From: Sphyrna mokarran | Lineage: Eukaryota | Assembly: GCA_024679065.1 (NCBI GenBank) | Contig: JAGIQG010000020.1 | Coordinates: 21,390,001-21,454,000, forward strand | Reading direction: 5' to 3' | DNA length: 64,000 bases | In this document: piece after piece, positions 49,161 to 62,074 of the stretch | Position numbering within the stretch: position 1 is the first letter of the stretch | Layout of the letters: each line of letters opens with the position of its first letter | The notes under the pieces: model-generated | What the model saw: only the letters and a program-made list of their open reading frames with translations | What the model was told of the DNA's origin: nothing | The model's database searches: none | Translations under genes and position numbers: made by a program

Positions 49161-49382
49161 TGTTAAAACAATGGAGGACTGCTGGCCAGCCAGAATATAC
49201 AAACTTGCATTCCACCAAAGGGGATATAAAGGAGGAAACGCTCAAACCCCTGGGAAGCACGAAACATCCCATCACCTGTCGGCTCTCACAAACATGTCTG
49301 AGATGAGATATCAAAATGCATTTACATGTTCTAAAAACAGTGACAGAGCAGACATAGGTCAACCAAATTACTCTGGAATATT

Positions 49383-50190
49383 TTTGATTTGATTTATTAT
49401 TATTACATGTGTTAGTATACAGTGAAAAGCTTTTTTTGTGTTATACAGATAAAGCATACTGTACATTGAGAAAGAAAGGAGTGCAGAATGTAACATTACA
49501 GTCATAGCTAAGGTATAGAGATCAACTTAATGCGAGATAGGTCCATTCAAAAGCCTGATGGCATCAGAGAAGTTTTTGAGTTATTTGATACGTGACCTCA
49601 GACTTTTGTATCTTTTTCCCCACAGAAGAAGATGGAAGAGAGTATGTCCAGGGGCATAAGTCCTTGATTATGCTGGCTGCTTTTTCGAGGCAGTGGGAAG
49701 TGTAGACAGTGTCAATGGATAGGAGGCTGGTATGAGTGATGGACTGGGCTTCATTCACGACCCTTTGTAGTTTTTTGTAGTCTTCAACAGAGCAAGAGCC
49801 ATACCAAGCTGTGATATAACTGGAAAGAATGCTTTTTTTAGTGCATCTGGAGAAGTTAGTGATAGGTGTAGTGGACGTGCCAAATTTCCTTAGTCTCCTC
49901 AGAAAGTAGAGACAATGATGGGCTCCTTAACAATAGCGTCCACGTGGGGGTCCAGGACAGATTGTTAGTGATCTTGGCACCTAAAAATCTGAAACTTTCG
50001 ACCATTTCTCCTTTGTCCCCACTGATATAGACAGGGGCATACCATCTACTATGCTTCCTGATGTCAATGACTATCTGTTTTGTTGACATTGAGGGAGAGA
50101 TTATTGTTGCACCAATTCACCAGATTCTCTGTCTCTTTCCTGTAGTCCATCTCATTATTGTTTGAGATCCAAACCACAACATTGGTATCA
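49383..50190 (-). mobile_element. Rex1/Babar LINE, 0.8 kb 3' fragment
   Basis: TKQIVIDIRK..APVYISGDKGEMVESFRFLGAKITNNLSW and NEAQSITHTSLLSIDTVYTSHCLEKAASIIKD (ORFs 49856-50089 and 49564-49758). Confidence 0.85.
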
Positions 50191-50339
50191 GCCAATAGAA
50201 CTTTAAGAACTGATCACCAAACTAGAGAGATCAGTACTCTGTGTTGAAAAATTGCAAAGAAGCTTGATTCTAAATTTACAAGAATATAAACAAAAGCAGA
50301 GATTGTTTAATTTGTTTTTCCATGCATTTTTCTCAGCAT

Positions 50340-52190
50340 GGAAAATCACAGTATGGAATGAGCCTATTTGGCCCATTGTCTGTCTGTATACTGGACCCTT
50401 GAAGATTAGCTGTGCTCAATCCAACATCTTCACTTTTTGTCCATAACCTTGTAAACTCCTCACCCTCAAGTGTTTGTCGAGTCCTTAATGGAAACAGCTT
50501 CCACCAAATTTTCAGGTAGTGTGTTCTAGGTTCTGACGACTAGCTTGAGTTTCAAAAAAAAGTCTCCTTTTCCCTTTCTAAATCTTTTGCCAGTGACTTT
50601 GAACATATGGTCATTAACCCACTTGCCAGAGTGAATAATTTTCTCTCTCTATGCTGTCAAAATCTCTCACTGGCTTGAAAACATCCATTAGAGCATCTCT
50701 TAATCTTCTCTACTCCAAGAAGAACAGTCTTGATGTTTTGACAAACAGTTTTCAAAATTTCTCCTTGTAACTGCCATATCCCTGGGAATGTATTGGAAAA
50801 CTCCTTTGTACCTTTTCTATGGTCTTTCATAGAAACTGTCCACAACACTCCAGCTGACGCCTGACTAGTGATTTATAAAGTTCTAGAATGAATCATTTGC
50901 TACAACCCCAAGGGTTGTAAATTGAGGCATAGGATGTAAAGATATGGGGATGCAATGGCCTAGTGGTATTATCATTAGACTAATAATCTAAAAACTAATG
51001 TTCTGGGGACCTGGGTTTGAAGCCCACCGTGGCAGATGATGAAATTTGAATTCAACAATGTTTTAAAAAATGGAATTAAAAATCTACTGAAACCATTGTC
51101 AATTGTGGGAAAAACCCTTATAGTTCACTAATGTCCTTTGGGGAAGGAAATCTGCCATCTTCACCCAGCCTGGCCTAAATGTGACTCCAGATCCATGGCA
51201 TTGTGGTCGATTCTAAATTGTCTTCCAAGGGGGACTAGGGATGGGCAATAAATGTTGGCCAGCCAGCAATACCCTTGTCCCACAAAGGAATTTTAAAGAA
51301 AGAAATACATATGATTTTTTAACCACCTTATTAACTTGCAATGCTGCCTTTTTAATGATTTGAGTGTGTGGATACCAAGGATTCTCTGCTTATTTACATT
51401 TTTCAAAATCATGCCAGTTTATAGCTGTCTTTCCATACTAGTCATTCCAAAATGCATCACTTCACATTTCTCCACTTTGAATTCTATCTGTCATGCGCCT
51501 GTCAATTTTGTCTTCTTGTCAGTCAACCTGAAGCCTATAACTATCCTCATCACCATCTACCACTTCGAAGTTTCTAAGAATTTTATAATGTTGCTCCCTG
51601 AAATTTTATAATGTTGCTTGCTGAAATCTGGGTCACTTATAAAAACTGAAAGGAGTATTAGACCCAAAATCGTTCCCTTGGAGAGCACCACTACAAACCA
51701 CCTCTCAATCTAGAAACCCATTCATCACCACCCTTTCTGTCACACTCCTATCACTGAGCCAATTTTTAACATTACTGCAACTTTTCTCTCAATTACTTGA
51801 GTTTCTATTTTCTTAATTAGCCTTCAGTATTGATCAAATGCCTTCCAAGGGTCGATATACATAACATTTACTTCGCTACCTTGATCAACTTTCTTTGTTC
51901 CCTTATCAATAACTTCCAGCAAGTTAATTAGGCACATTTTGCCTTGAACAAATCTCTTGATTAACCCATTTCTTTCCAAATGGAAGTTTACTTTGAACCT
52001 GCTTTCCACTAATTTATTATCACTGATGTTACATTAACTAGCCTGTAGTTTCCTGATTTATTCCTCACCTCATTCCTAAATAATCATACAACATTACCAG
52101 TCTTCTGGTTCTCTAGCGTTACTCTGGTAGCTACTGAGGATTGCAAGGTAGGGACTAATGCCCCTGATACTTCTTCTTTCAGTGACCTCA
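50340..52190 (-). mobile_element. Old CR1 LINE interrupted by SINE S2
   Basis: HLERNGLIKRFVQGKMCLINLLEVIDKGTKKVDQGSEVNVMYIDPWKAFD (ORF 51824-52009). Confidence 0.85.
50946..51297 (+). mobile_element. tRNA-derived SINE, family S2
   Basis: A box tggcctagtgg, B box gggtttgaagccc, body gttcactaatgtcctttggggaaggaaatctgcc, tail ctagggatgggcaataaatgttggcc. Confidence 0.85.
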
Positions 52191-52270
52191 GACAAAGCCT
52201 AATGTCTCCCCTATGGCAAGTTTGGTAGCAAAGTGGGTAATTAATGTTCATTTAAGGACCTCATCCTACC

Positions 52271-53784
52271 ATTCTCTGGGAGGCAAGAGAGGAGATTGCA
52301 GAGCCTCTGGCTCTGATCTTCAGGTCGTCGTTGGTTACGGGTGTGGTTCCGGAGGACTGGAGGATAGCGAATGTGGTCCCGTTGTTCAAGAAGGGGAAGA
52401 GAGACCTTCCAGGGAATTATAGGCCAGTGAGTCTTACTTCTGTGGTGGGCAAAGTGTTGGAGAGAATAATTAGGGATAGGATTTATGGTTATTTAGAGAG
52501 TAATGAATTGATTGGAGATAGTCAGCATGGTTTTGTGAAGGGTAGGTCGTGCCTTACTAACCTCATTGAGTTTTTTGAAAAAGTGACTAAAGAGGTGGAT
52601 GGGGGTAAGGCGGTTGATGTGGTATATATGGACTTTAGTAAGGCGTTTGATAAGGTGGCCCATGGAAGACTTCTGCAGAAAATGCAGATGTATGGGATAG
52701 AGGGTGATTTAGCTAATTGGGTTAGGAATTGGCTAGCAGATAGAAGACAGAGGGTGGTGGTTGATGGGAGATATTCATCTTGGAGTTCGGTGACAAGTGG
52801 TGTACCTCAGGGGTCTGTTTTGGGGCCCCTGCTGTTTGTAATTTTTATAAATGATCTGGATGAGGGTATTGAAGGATGGATTAGTAAATTTGCAGATGAC
52901 ACTAAAGTCGGTGGAGTGGTAGATAGTGAAGAGGGGTGTTATAGTTTGCAGAGGGACTTGGACAAGTTGCAGAGCTGGGCCGAGAGGTGGCAAATGGAGT
53001 TTAATGTGGAAAAGTGTGAGGTAATGCACTATGGCAGAAATAATAAATGTGTAGAGTATAGGGCAAATGGTAGGATTCTTAGTAGTCTAGATGAACAGAG
53101 GGATCTTGGTGTGTATGTGCATAGATCCCTGAAAGTAGGCAGTCAAGTCGAGAAGGTTGTTAAGAAGGCATATGGAGTCTTGGCTTTTATTGGTAGGGGG
53201 ATTGAATTTCGGAGCCGCAACGTCATGTTGCAACTGTACAAAACTCTAGTGCGGCCGCACTTGGAGTATTGTGTGCAGTTCTGGTCCCCACATTATAAGA
53301 AAGATGTGGAGGCATTGGAGAGGGTACAGAGGAGGTTTACCAGGATGTTGCCTGGTATGGAGGGCAGGTCTTATGAAGAGAGGCTGAGGGATTTGAGGTT
53401 GTTTTCGTTAGAAAGGAGGCGGCTAAGAGGGGACCTAATCGAAACATATAAGATGATTAGAGGTTTAGATAGGGTGGACAGTGATAGCCTTTTTCCTAGG
53501 ATGGAGAAAGCTAGCACGAGGGGACACAGCTTTAAATTAAGGGGTGATAGTTATAGGACGGATATCAGAGGTAGGTTCTTTACCCAAAGGGTGGTTCGGG
53601 AGTGGAATGCCCTGCCTGCAGCAGTTGTAGATGCGCCAAGTTTGGTGGCGTTTAAGAGGTTAGTTGATAAGTATATGGAAGAGAAGGGAATGGTTTAGTT
53701 TGGAGGGGCATTGCTTTTTATATTGGTCGGCGCAACATCGAAGGCCGAAGGGCCTGTTCTGTGCTGTAATGTTCTATGTCTCTA
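52271..53784 (+). mobile_element. Young 5'-truncated CR1 (HER1-like) LINE with uninterrupted RT frame
   Basis: Stop-free frame 52271-53698: NYRPVSLTS, QHGF, DFSKAFD, GVPQGSVLGP, FADDTK, RPHLEYCVQFW; 3' UTR ends ctgtaatgttctatg. No native ATG and no endonuclease domain. Confidence 0.97.
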
Positions 53785-53943
53785 CTAATCCAATTCAACC
53801 ATAATCCATATAGCATTTTGTTTCTGAAGCTCACCTTGTTAGTTGCACAATGGATATTGGTATAAACAAAATGTAAAATCTCCTTTGCACTTCTCTTATT
53901 TTCCTCAGTCTGGTCTCTGCTGTTTTTGGTATAAATCTCAATT

Positions 53944-54256
53944 TAGAATCATAGAATCACTACAGTGTAGAATGAGGCCATTTGGCCCATCACACCTGCA
54001 TTGACAGCAATCCCATCCAGGCCCTATTCTCAAGTATTTATCCTGCTAATCCCTAACAATGAGTGGCAATTTAGCAAGGCCAATCAACCTAACCCGCACA
54101 TCTGTGGACTGTGGGAGGAAAGTGGAGCATCTTGAGGAAACCCACACAGACACACGGAGAACGTGCAAATTCCACAGACGGTGACCCAAGCTGGGAATCA
54201 AACCCTAGTCCCTGGTGCTGTCAGGCAGCAATGCTAATTACTGTGCCTCTGTGCCA
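53944..54256 (-). mobile_element. HE1-like V-SINE, type A
   Basis: Tail, V core and head present. Confidence 0.85.
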
Positions 54257-54389
54257 CTTATATATTTCATAGAAAATCTTGTAGGGCAGTGATAGCATCC
54301 ATATCTCTAGGCCAGCAGCAGCAGGTTCAAGTCTATCTTGACATGTCCATCAGCTGGATCAAGGTTATTGGCTGATTGGATCCTTACTG

Positions 54390-55140
54390 ATCAAAATCCA
54401 CCTATCTCAGCCTTAAACATACACAAGGACTCTGTCCCCATAGTTCTCTGACACAAAGAGTTCCAAAGACTCACAATCCTCTGAGAGAAGAAATTTCTGC
54501 TCATCTGAGTCTTAAGTTGCTGCCTCTTTATTCTGAGACTATGTCCTCTGCTCCGCGATCTTCCATGAGGGGGAAAATCTTCTCAGCCTTTACTCTGTCA
54601 AGCCTCTTAAGAATCCTTTATGTTTCAATGAGATCAACTCTCATTCCTCTAAATTCCAATGAGTAAAGTCCCAAACTGTTTAATCTTTCCTCAAAAGACA
54701 ATCCCTCCATATAGGGGATCATCCTAGTGAACATTTTCTGAACTTCCTCCAATGAAATAAGTATCTTTTCTTACATAAGGGGACAAAAACTGTTCACAGT
54801 ACTCCAGATATGGTCTCTCTAGTGCATTGCACAGTTGCAGGAAGACTCCCCTACTCTTATATTCCAACCCCTTGAAGTAAGAGTGACATTCCATTAGCTT
54901 TCCTGATTTCACTGATTAGCATCAGTGTGCTAACATTTTGTACTTGTGCACAAGTAGCCTCAAGTCCCTTTGTGTTGCAGGTTTCTGCAATTTTTTTCCA
55001 TTTAAGTAATACTCTGCTCTTTTGTTCTCCCTTCCAAAATGAACAATTTCATATTTTCCAAAATAATACTTCATTTGGCAACCTTTTACTGAACCTATCA
55101 ATATCTCTCTGTAAACTGTATCTCGCTTGTAACCTGCCTT
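54390..55140 (-). mobile_element. Old CR1 3' part
   Basis: KGLEYKSRGVFLQLCNALERPYLEYCEQFLSPY (ORF 54724-54912). Confidence 0.85.
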
Positions 55141-55421
55141 TCCATCTAATATCTCCTTGTGTAGTTAATGATGGCTTCAGATTTATGAACCATTCTGGTT
55201 AGACAAAGCCAAGTCTTGTGATGGGAACAAGATTGAGATAAAACTCATTATCTATACACTCGGTAACTAGAGCAGTATGCAGAAGAACACTCTAAGCACA
55301 GCAGCTGCCAAAGATTTGCCTTTTAAGAACTGGGAATGTCTCCCTGCCTGGTTCTAAAATTCCAAACAAAGTTAACAAAAGCAAAATACTATTTAATTAA
55401 TTCGTGAGATGCAGGCACCAT

Positions 55422-55700
55422 GGGGTGGCACAGTGGCACTGTGGTTAGCCTCACAGAGTCAGGAACCCAGGTTCAATTCTAGCCTCAGGTCAATTTGTGT
55501 GGAGTTTGCACATTCTCCCCATGTCTGCATGAGTTTCCCCTGGGTGCTTCAGTTTCTTCTCACAGTCCAAAAATGTGTAGATTTGATTGATTGGCCATAC
55601 TAGTATCAGGGGATTAGCAGGGTAAAGGGAATAGGGCCTTGATAGGATTGTGGTCAGTGCAGGCTTGATGGACCAAATGGCCTCATTCTGCACTATGATC
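55422..55700 (+). mobile_element. HE1-like V-SINE, type A, inserted into an S2 SINE
   Basis: Head ggggtggcacagtggcac, tail ggcctcattctgcactatgatc. The S2 sequence resumes on the minus strand at 55703-55948. Confidence 0.85.
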
Positions 55701-56399
55701 ACGAGCCGGGCCAGTTGTATTGCCCATTTCCAGATCAGGCAAGGACAACAGATTTCCTTACTTAAAGGACATTTGTGAACCAGATGTGTTTTTAAAACAA
55801 TGGTTTCATGGGCATTATTTGACTTTCAATTTCAGATTTGTTTTTATTGAATTCAAATTTTGCCATTGACCATGGTGGGATTTGAACCCAGGTCCCCTGT
55901 AACCACTGGATTACTAATCCAAGGACAATACCACTATGCCACTGCCTCAGCTGCTGGTGATTGGAAATAAAAACAAAGTGATGGAAAAACTCAGCAGGTC
56001 TGGCAGCATCTCTCAGGAAAGAAGCAGAATCAACATTTCAAGTCCAAAATGACTCTTCTTTACAGGTCCAATATAACCTATTATATGGAAGCCAAATGCC
56101 TAATTTCATAACCTGCTGAACATCCATCCCTTTGAAGGAATTTTGCATCAACTCAGGTATCTACCATCGTAAGTTTGGACCCATTGGAACTGTTCCCCTT
56201 TACCAGGAATTGATCTTCCTCAACAAGCCAAGCCAACTATTCTTTTAATTTAACACTATCTTCTTTAGTTGCTTAATTATTTGATGATACTTTTTTCAGG
56301 ATGAGTGTGTGAATAAATAAGTTCCTTTATTTTTAAACCCTTGAAATTCTGATGCAGTTTCTTTGATGATTGTTGTCCTTTGAGTTTGAAGAAGATGAT

Positions 56400-56720
56400 A
56401 GATGTGCAGATTCATGAATGATGAACATGATGATGGTTATATTGTTCCATTCTGGCTGCACAGAGCTGGAAACATTTGGGGTATTGGAATTCTAATGTTA
56501 TGACATGGACAGATGCTGCTCTATGATACTGTTCACGGGAAGTGGTGAGATGTTGATGTGGATCCTGTTTAAATGTGACAGCAGGTCAACTGGTCAAGGA
56601 TCTCCAGCAAGTTCCTTCTTGCATTGATTCTTCCAGGTCATTAGGCTTGACGCTGCACCACTTCAGATTTACCTTAACCATGTCTTTGTAGTATTGGCAT
56701 GGCTCTGACCTTGGGTTATT
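56400..56720 (-). mobile_element. Probable RTE-type LINE C-terminal fragment
   Basis: Minus strand YYKDMVKVNLKWCSVKPNDLEESMQEGTCWR resembles RTE C-termini (RYKD..K.NLK....W). Confidence 0.5.
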
Positions 56721-57519
56721 TTTAGCCAGGTACTGGCTTTTCATGAGGCTACTTCTCAGAATGCAAAATATCTATTTTTCCAAAACAGCCACAGTGATTG
56801 CCAATAGTAAGAGAAGGCAACTGGGAGTTTGGGGGGGGGTTTCAGTTTATCTCTTCTTTCTGTCCATAACAATTGTAATGGTGCTCATTTTACGGGTGTC
56901 AAATAGATGCCAAAAGGCACTTCTCTGTCTTTCCAGCACTGGAAGAGTGGCACCAACAATATTGGATTGGGTGAATCTGAGAGCACATCAAACAACTTTT
57001 AAGAACTGGGCATGGGTCCCAGCCTAATTCTAAAACGGCAAACAAAGCTAACAAAAGCAAAATACTTTTAATTAATGCATGTAATATGGCATGCATTATT
57101 TAAATTGCCCCTTCCCAGACCAAGGAAGAACAACAGATTTCCTTCCTTAAAGAACATTCCTGAACCAATGCATTTTTACGACAACTGACAATGGTTTCAT
57201 TGTCATTAGATTTTTAATTCCAGAGTTTTCTTCTCAAGTCTCACAAGGGCATGCTAGTTAGGAGCATTGACCATGCTAAGTTCTCCCTCGTTGTATTTGA
57301 ACAGGCGTCAGAATAAGGCAAGTGGGGAATTTTCACAATAACTTCAATGGAATATTAAAATAAGGATCCTCTGATTTTTTTAAGGAGATTGCCGCAGAGG
57401 CTCTAACAAATGGCAAAGTCTTGCAAAGATGCTATTTAAATTAGTCATCCACTTGATAGTTGCTGGTTTGTCCTCTTGATCCAGGTTAACATCAGAGTCT
57501 ATTTTATAGTGTTCAGGAG

Positions 57520-58495
57520 GGACCTGAGTGTATTGATGCATGAATCACAAAAATGCAGATACAGCAAGTGATTAGGAAGTCAAATAGATTGTGGTTGTTT
57601 GTTGCAAGGGGAATGGAATATTAAAGTAGGAGTCATTTGCTACATTTGTACAGAGTATTAGTAAGACCTCATCTGGAGTAGTGATCACAGTTTAGCTCTC
57701 CTGATTTAAGAAAGAAATCCTGCGTTGGAAGTAGTTGAGAGAAAGTTCACTCAAGTATGACTCAGACTGCACGGTGGCACAGTATAGGTAACAGCACCGG
57801 GGCCATGGGTTCAATTCCAGCCTCAGGTGACTGTGTGGAGTTTGCATGTTGTCACCATGGATGTCCTTTGGGTGCTCTGTTTTCCTCACACACTCCAAAG
57901 ATGTGTAGGTGAGGTTAATTGGCCATGTTCAGTTGCTGTTTAGTGTCAGGCTGATAAACACATGGTGTTACAGGGATAGAGATTAGGTGGGATTGTTGTC
58001 GATGCAGGCTTGATGGGCCAAGTGGCCTCTTTCTGCACTGTAGGGATTGTATGATTCGATTAGGTGATGCGGTGTTATCTAACAAGGAAAAGTTGGACTG
58101 GCTGGGCATATATCCATTGAACTTTGAAGATTAAGAGTGGTCTTACTGAAACATATATGATCTTGAGGGTGGAGGATGAAAGGAGATTAGAGCTAAGGGA
58201 TACAGTTTAAAATAAAGTGTCTTCCATTTAAGACACAGATGACTTTTTTATTCTCTTGGGGTTGAGAGTCCTTGAAACTCTGTTCCCCAGAGAATGGTGG
58301 TGGGGTGGGGGGTGCAATCAGTGAATATTATTCAGGCATACATACATTTTTATGTAACAAGGGAGTCAAAAGTTATCAGAGGACAGGCAGAACATGGCTG
58401 GAATCAGATCAGCCATTATTCTATTGAATGGCAGAGCAGGCTCTCGATGTTAAATGACCAAATATTGCTCCTAATTCCTATGTACAGATGTATGT
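57520..58495 (+). mobile_element. Old CR1 3' part split by a V-SINE, ending about 85 bp before exon 3
   Basis: gtaagacctcatctggagtagt (VRPHLE) and tail attgaatggcagagcagg..attgctcctaattcctatgt. Confidence 0.8.
57769..58058 (+). mobile_element. HE1-like V-SINE, type A
   Basis: gcacggtggcacagt head; tail ctgcactgtagggattgtatga. Confidence 0.85.
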
Positions 58496-58578
58496 AATGA
58501 GATTCAAGTTATGCTATTAGTAGCTGCTGTTATGACAAATTTAAAATATTCAAAACTAACTTTGTATTATGACTTCAG

Positions 58579-58691
58579 GTGATGGACAGGTGGATTTTGA
58601 AGAGTTTGTGACTTTGCTAGGACCCAAACTGTCATCAGCTGCTATTCCAGAAAAGTTCCACGGGACCGAATTTGATAATGTTTTTTGGAAG
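58579..58691 (+). CDS. CABP7: CABP7 coding exon 3 (rest of EF-hand 2)
   Basis: Acceptor gacttcAG|, donor AAG|GTAAGG; 113 nt. Continues in frame: GDGQVDFEEFVTLLGPKLSSAAIPEKFHGTEFDNVFWK (human GDGQVDFEEFVTLLGPKLSTSGIPEKFHGTDFDTVFWK). Not in the ORF track. Confidence 0.96.
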
Positions 58692-61359
58692 GTAAGGCAT
58701 TAGGGGAACCACATCAACATAAATACCTTGTGTAACTGAGAGAAATGGCCAGAAATTCACTTTGTTATTATAGCTATGAGTTGGAGCACACATTTTCCCC
58801 ATGCTTGGCCTGAACATATGTTGTTGTACAAAATTCATTCCTTTAATATTTTAACACAGGCATTTGGGGCAATAGAACAACTTCTAATCCAAGAAAATAT
58901 TACTCATTACTGCATTCTCAGAAAATCTCAGATGAATATGTCATCAAGTTGTTTAAAAATGGATGTCACTTCAGGCACTGGCTGCTCTAGCACAGAGAAT
59001 TCCCATGTCCTGCAAACTTTCTCTAGGGCTGCCTAGCAGCAACTTCTTTTGCAAGATTCTGCAGTCATTCTGCCAACTTGCTCCAAATCACTGCAACATC
59101 ACCTCCCATTCCCACCAACCGTGCAACGTTGCTATTGCAATCATTGTTTGAGGAATCAAAGTGTATGCTATGCTGCTTCAATATTGTGCATCATTTACAT
59201 GATTTATTTGAACATTTCCACAGAAGTGTCATTAGTGTGTTTAGATCAAACTCCAGGCTTGTGAACCAGCCTGCCTGAGCCAGGGAAGGAATCGATAACC
59301 AGATTTCAGGATGTTAACTCCCTGAGTTCATGGCTTCAGCCCACATGTGGGAGGATGTAACACCTAAAAGAGAGACTGACCATTCAGAGGGCAGACAGCA
59401 CTCCAGTCTCAGCAGCGCCATTGGGAGTAGTGGTCATTATTGAGACTGCAGCCACTCTGCCTGCTCACAAAGAACAGTGTCAGAGGTTGGATCCCAAGTT
59501 AGGAAGGCTTCACCTAGTGAAGGGATTGGTGATGGGTGATGGTGATGGGGGGAGGGCGCGGTTTGTTAATCAAGATTATGGCAAGTGGAAACGTTGATGA
59601 CAATTAATGGGCCCAGGAAACCTGAGGAAGATGCTCACATGAGCCTGTAGACTAGCCAACACATGTGATGTGGCAGCAAGAGAAAGTCTTTAAGCAGCCT
59701 CAATTGGCCCAAGGATAGGCAGGCTACCCAACACCTACCCCACCACTGATAAAATTCCAATGGAAGTAGATAATTAACAGATATAATGGCCCGCGCCATG
59801 CCAGCAAATGTAATGTCCCTGCCAACCCACTCATCATGGGGTGAAATCTAAAATTGTGGTCTTTTTCTATTCAGTCTAATTTTTGTTTTACCTTTCCCCC
59901 TCCCCTTGACACCCCACAACTCAAAGCCCTTGATTCCTTCACAATGCGTAAGTCAAGAGAACATTCAGAAATGAGTCGATAAACTAATATTGATAGAAGA
60001 GATGGCTGTGCCTGTAGACTTATGATCGCAATATTTGTGCAATAGATGTCACATTATACTGAGGGAGTGTTTAGTGTCTGGTAAAATCAAAGATGTACAT
60101 CACCATTGCCCTTGATCTATTATGACATGTACTGAAAAGGATATCTGTTGTCTCAGTAAAGCAGTGGTGAAATATATATGCTGCTCCAAGTGATGTCCCC
60201 TGTTGTTGTTCAGAAGCCTCAGGAGATTGGACATTACAGGAGCACCATGCTGATAGAGCTCTCAGGTCACATATCTGTCACATTACTTTGGCTACTTGCT
60301 GTTCTTCATTGGTTGGTGCTATGCATTGAGTTGTAGCAAATCCTGCCCATCATCTGAAAGATCCTTGAGCTATTTCTGTTTCCCCTCTCCTCCATTGTAT
60401 TCAGCACAGAGAGATTTGCTCCTTTACTCCGCTAAACAGTTACCTGGAAAGTAAAATCTCCTCCCGTGGGTAACCCAATTATCTCTGCTGCTACAACTTT
60501 CAGCTTTAAATGGAAGAAAGGAAGTCACAATAAAATAAATCATGGGTGAAACCTTACAAAAAAAACAGCAGAGCATTGGGTCTAATAAGAGAAATAGCCC
60601 CCAGATCTTACTGCACTCTGCCACAAAAAACAGGTGGGCATATTTCATGCTGTTATGTAGAAAGGTGGGGCCTCAACACGTCAATTAATCCTGACTGAAC
60701 TGGGATCAGGACACCATGTTTAAAGGGCATCTGACCAGACCAAACAATAACCTCCACACTACCCTCCAACCCCCAACCCCCTGCCCACCACAAAGGTTTT
60801 AGAGGTTGCACTTCCCATCCCTCCTTTCTTGATTGGACCCAACCCGCCAACCCCTTGTCGGAGCCACATACCCCATCAATGGCATTTATTTCCCCTCCCT
60901 CCCATTATCTCATTAGTCGCAATGGGCATCATTCTCCTTCCACCTACTCTCCCCCTTACAGTCAATACTGGCAGCTCTCCCCATACAGCCATTATCAGCA
61001 CCCCAGGTTGACACATCCAGTCCTCCCAACCTTCACTCCCACCACCACCACAATGAATGAATTCTCGCCCATAAGACTCCCACTAGAGTCTGCCGTAGCA
61101 CAGCCCTGGCACAGGTTGACATCGCCAGTTTAGTATGGGTGCTTATCTGTTAGTGCCAACCTGTGCAATGTCCCTTTCCCCTGGGGCTATTCTCAGATTT
61201 GTGCTCCCAAGTGATTCCCATGACAGGTTCACATCTGGGTACATTGGCACAATGACAAGAAATCCTAAACCTAAATTGGCCCAGTTCAGGCTAAAGTTGC
61301 CAAATGCTCGGACTGAGCTAATTTAGGCACTGAAGGTATATCTCATCCTCTGCTTTTTA

Positions 61360-61710
61360 TTTTTTATATTCATTCATGGGACATGGGCATTGCTGTCTGT
61401 CCTCCCTAGTTGCCTTTGGAGGGCAATTGAGAATCAATCACATTGCTGTGGCTCTGGAGTCACATGTAGGCCAGATCGGATGAGGATAACAGGTTTCTTT
61501 CCCTAAAGGATATTAGTAAAACAGATGGGTTTTTTCAACAATCGACAATGGTTTCATGGTCAACAGTAGATTCTTAATAACAGATACTTTTTATGGAATT
61601 CAAATTCCACCATCTGCCATGCTGGGATTTGCACCTGGGTCTCCAGAACATTGGCTGAGTTTCTGGATTAATAGTCTAGTGAAAATACCACTGGACCATC
61701 GCCTTTCCTC
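61360..61710 (-). mobile_element. tRNA-derived SINE, family S2
   Basis: attgctgtggctctggagtcacatgtaggccaga..ccctaaagga..gaattcaaattccaccatctgcc. Confidence 0.85.
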
Positions 61711-62074
61711 AATAATGTTGTGCTGCAACATTGCTTACATCTGTTTGCTCACAGGTGAGCAACTGCATCGCAACAAAGTGTTGAATGACTTTTTAATTTC
61801 TGAAATGTGATGAAAAATGAAAATAGTAGGGAAGTATTTGCTGGGTGTGTGTCTAGCACATATCTTTGTGAGTGCAAGGCGGGGGGGTGCAGTGTGAGAG
61901 AAAGCGGCATCCAACTTCCAACATAGTATGCAGTCTTGTAGCCTAATAGACATTATTAGTCAGTAATTCCTTTCAATCTTGTGAAATAATGGTGAGAGGC
62001 ATCCTGAAAATACTAATGATTGATCGCTGAATGGAAGCGGGGATGATAATTTCTGTTGTTATACAGCAGGCAGT

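Noticed and set aside
52331-53698. 455 aa ORF as a novel host RT gene or RT-based system
   Set aside because: Starts at TTG within a truncated frame, matches CR1 ORF2 throughout and ends in a standard CR1 3' UTR; many decayed relatives lie in the same window.
13829-58691. Assignment to CALN1 (CABP8) or calmodulin
   Set aside because: The residues [51 protein letters not shown] and IPEKFHGT match CABP7 rather than CALN1 or calmodulin.
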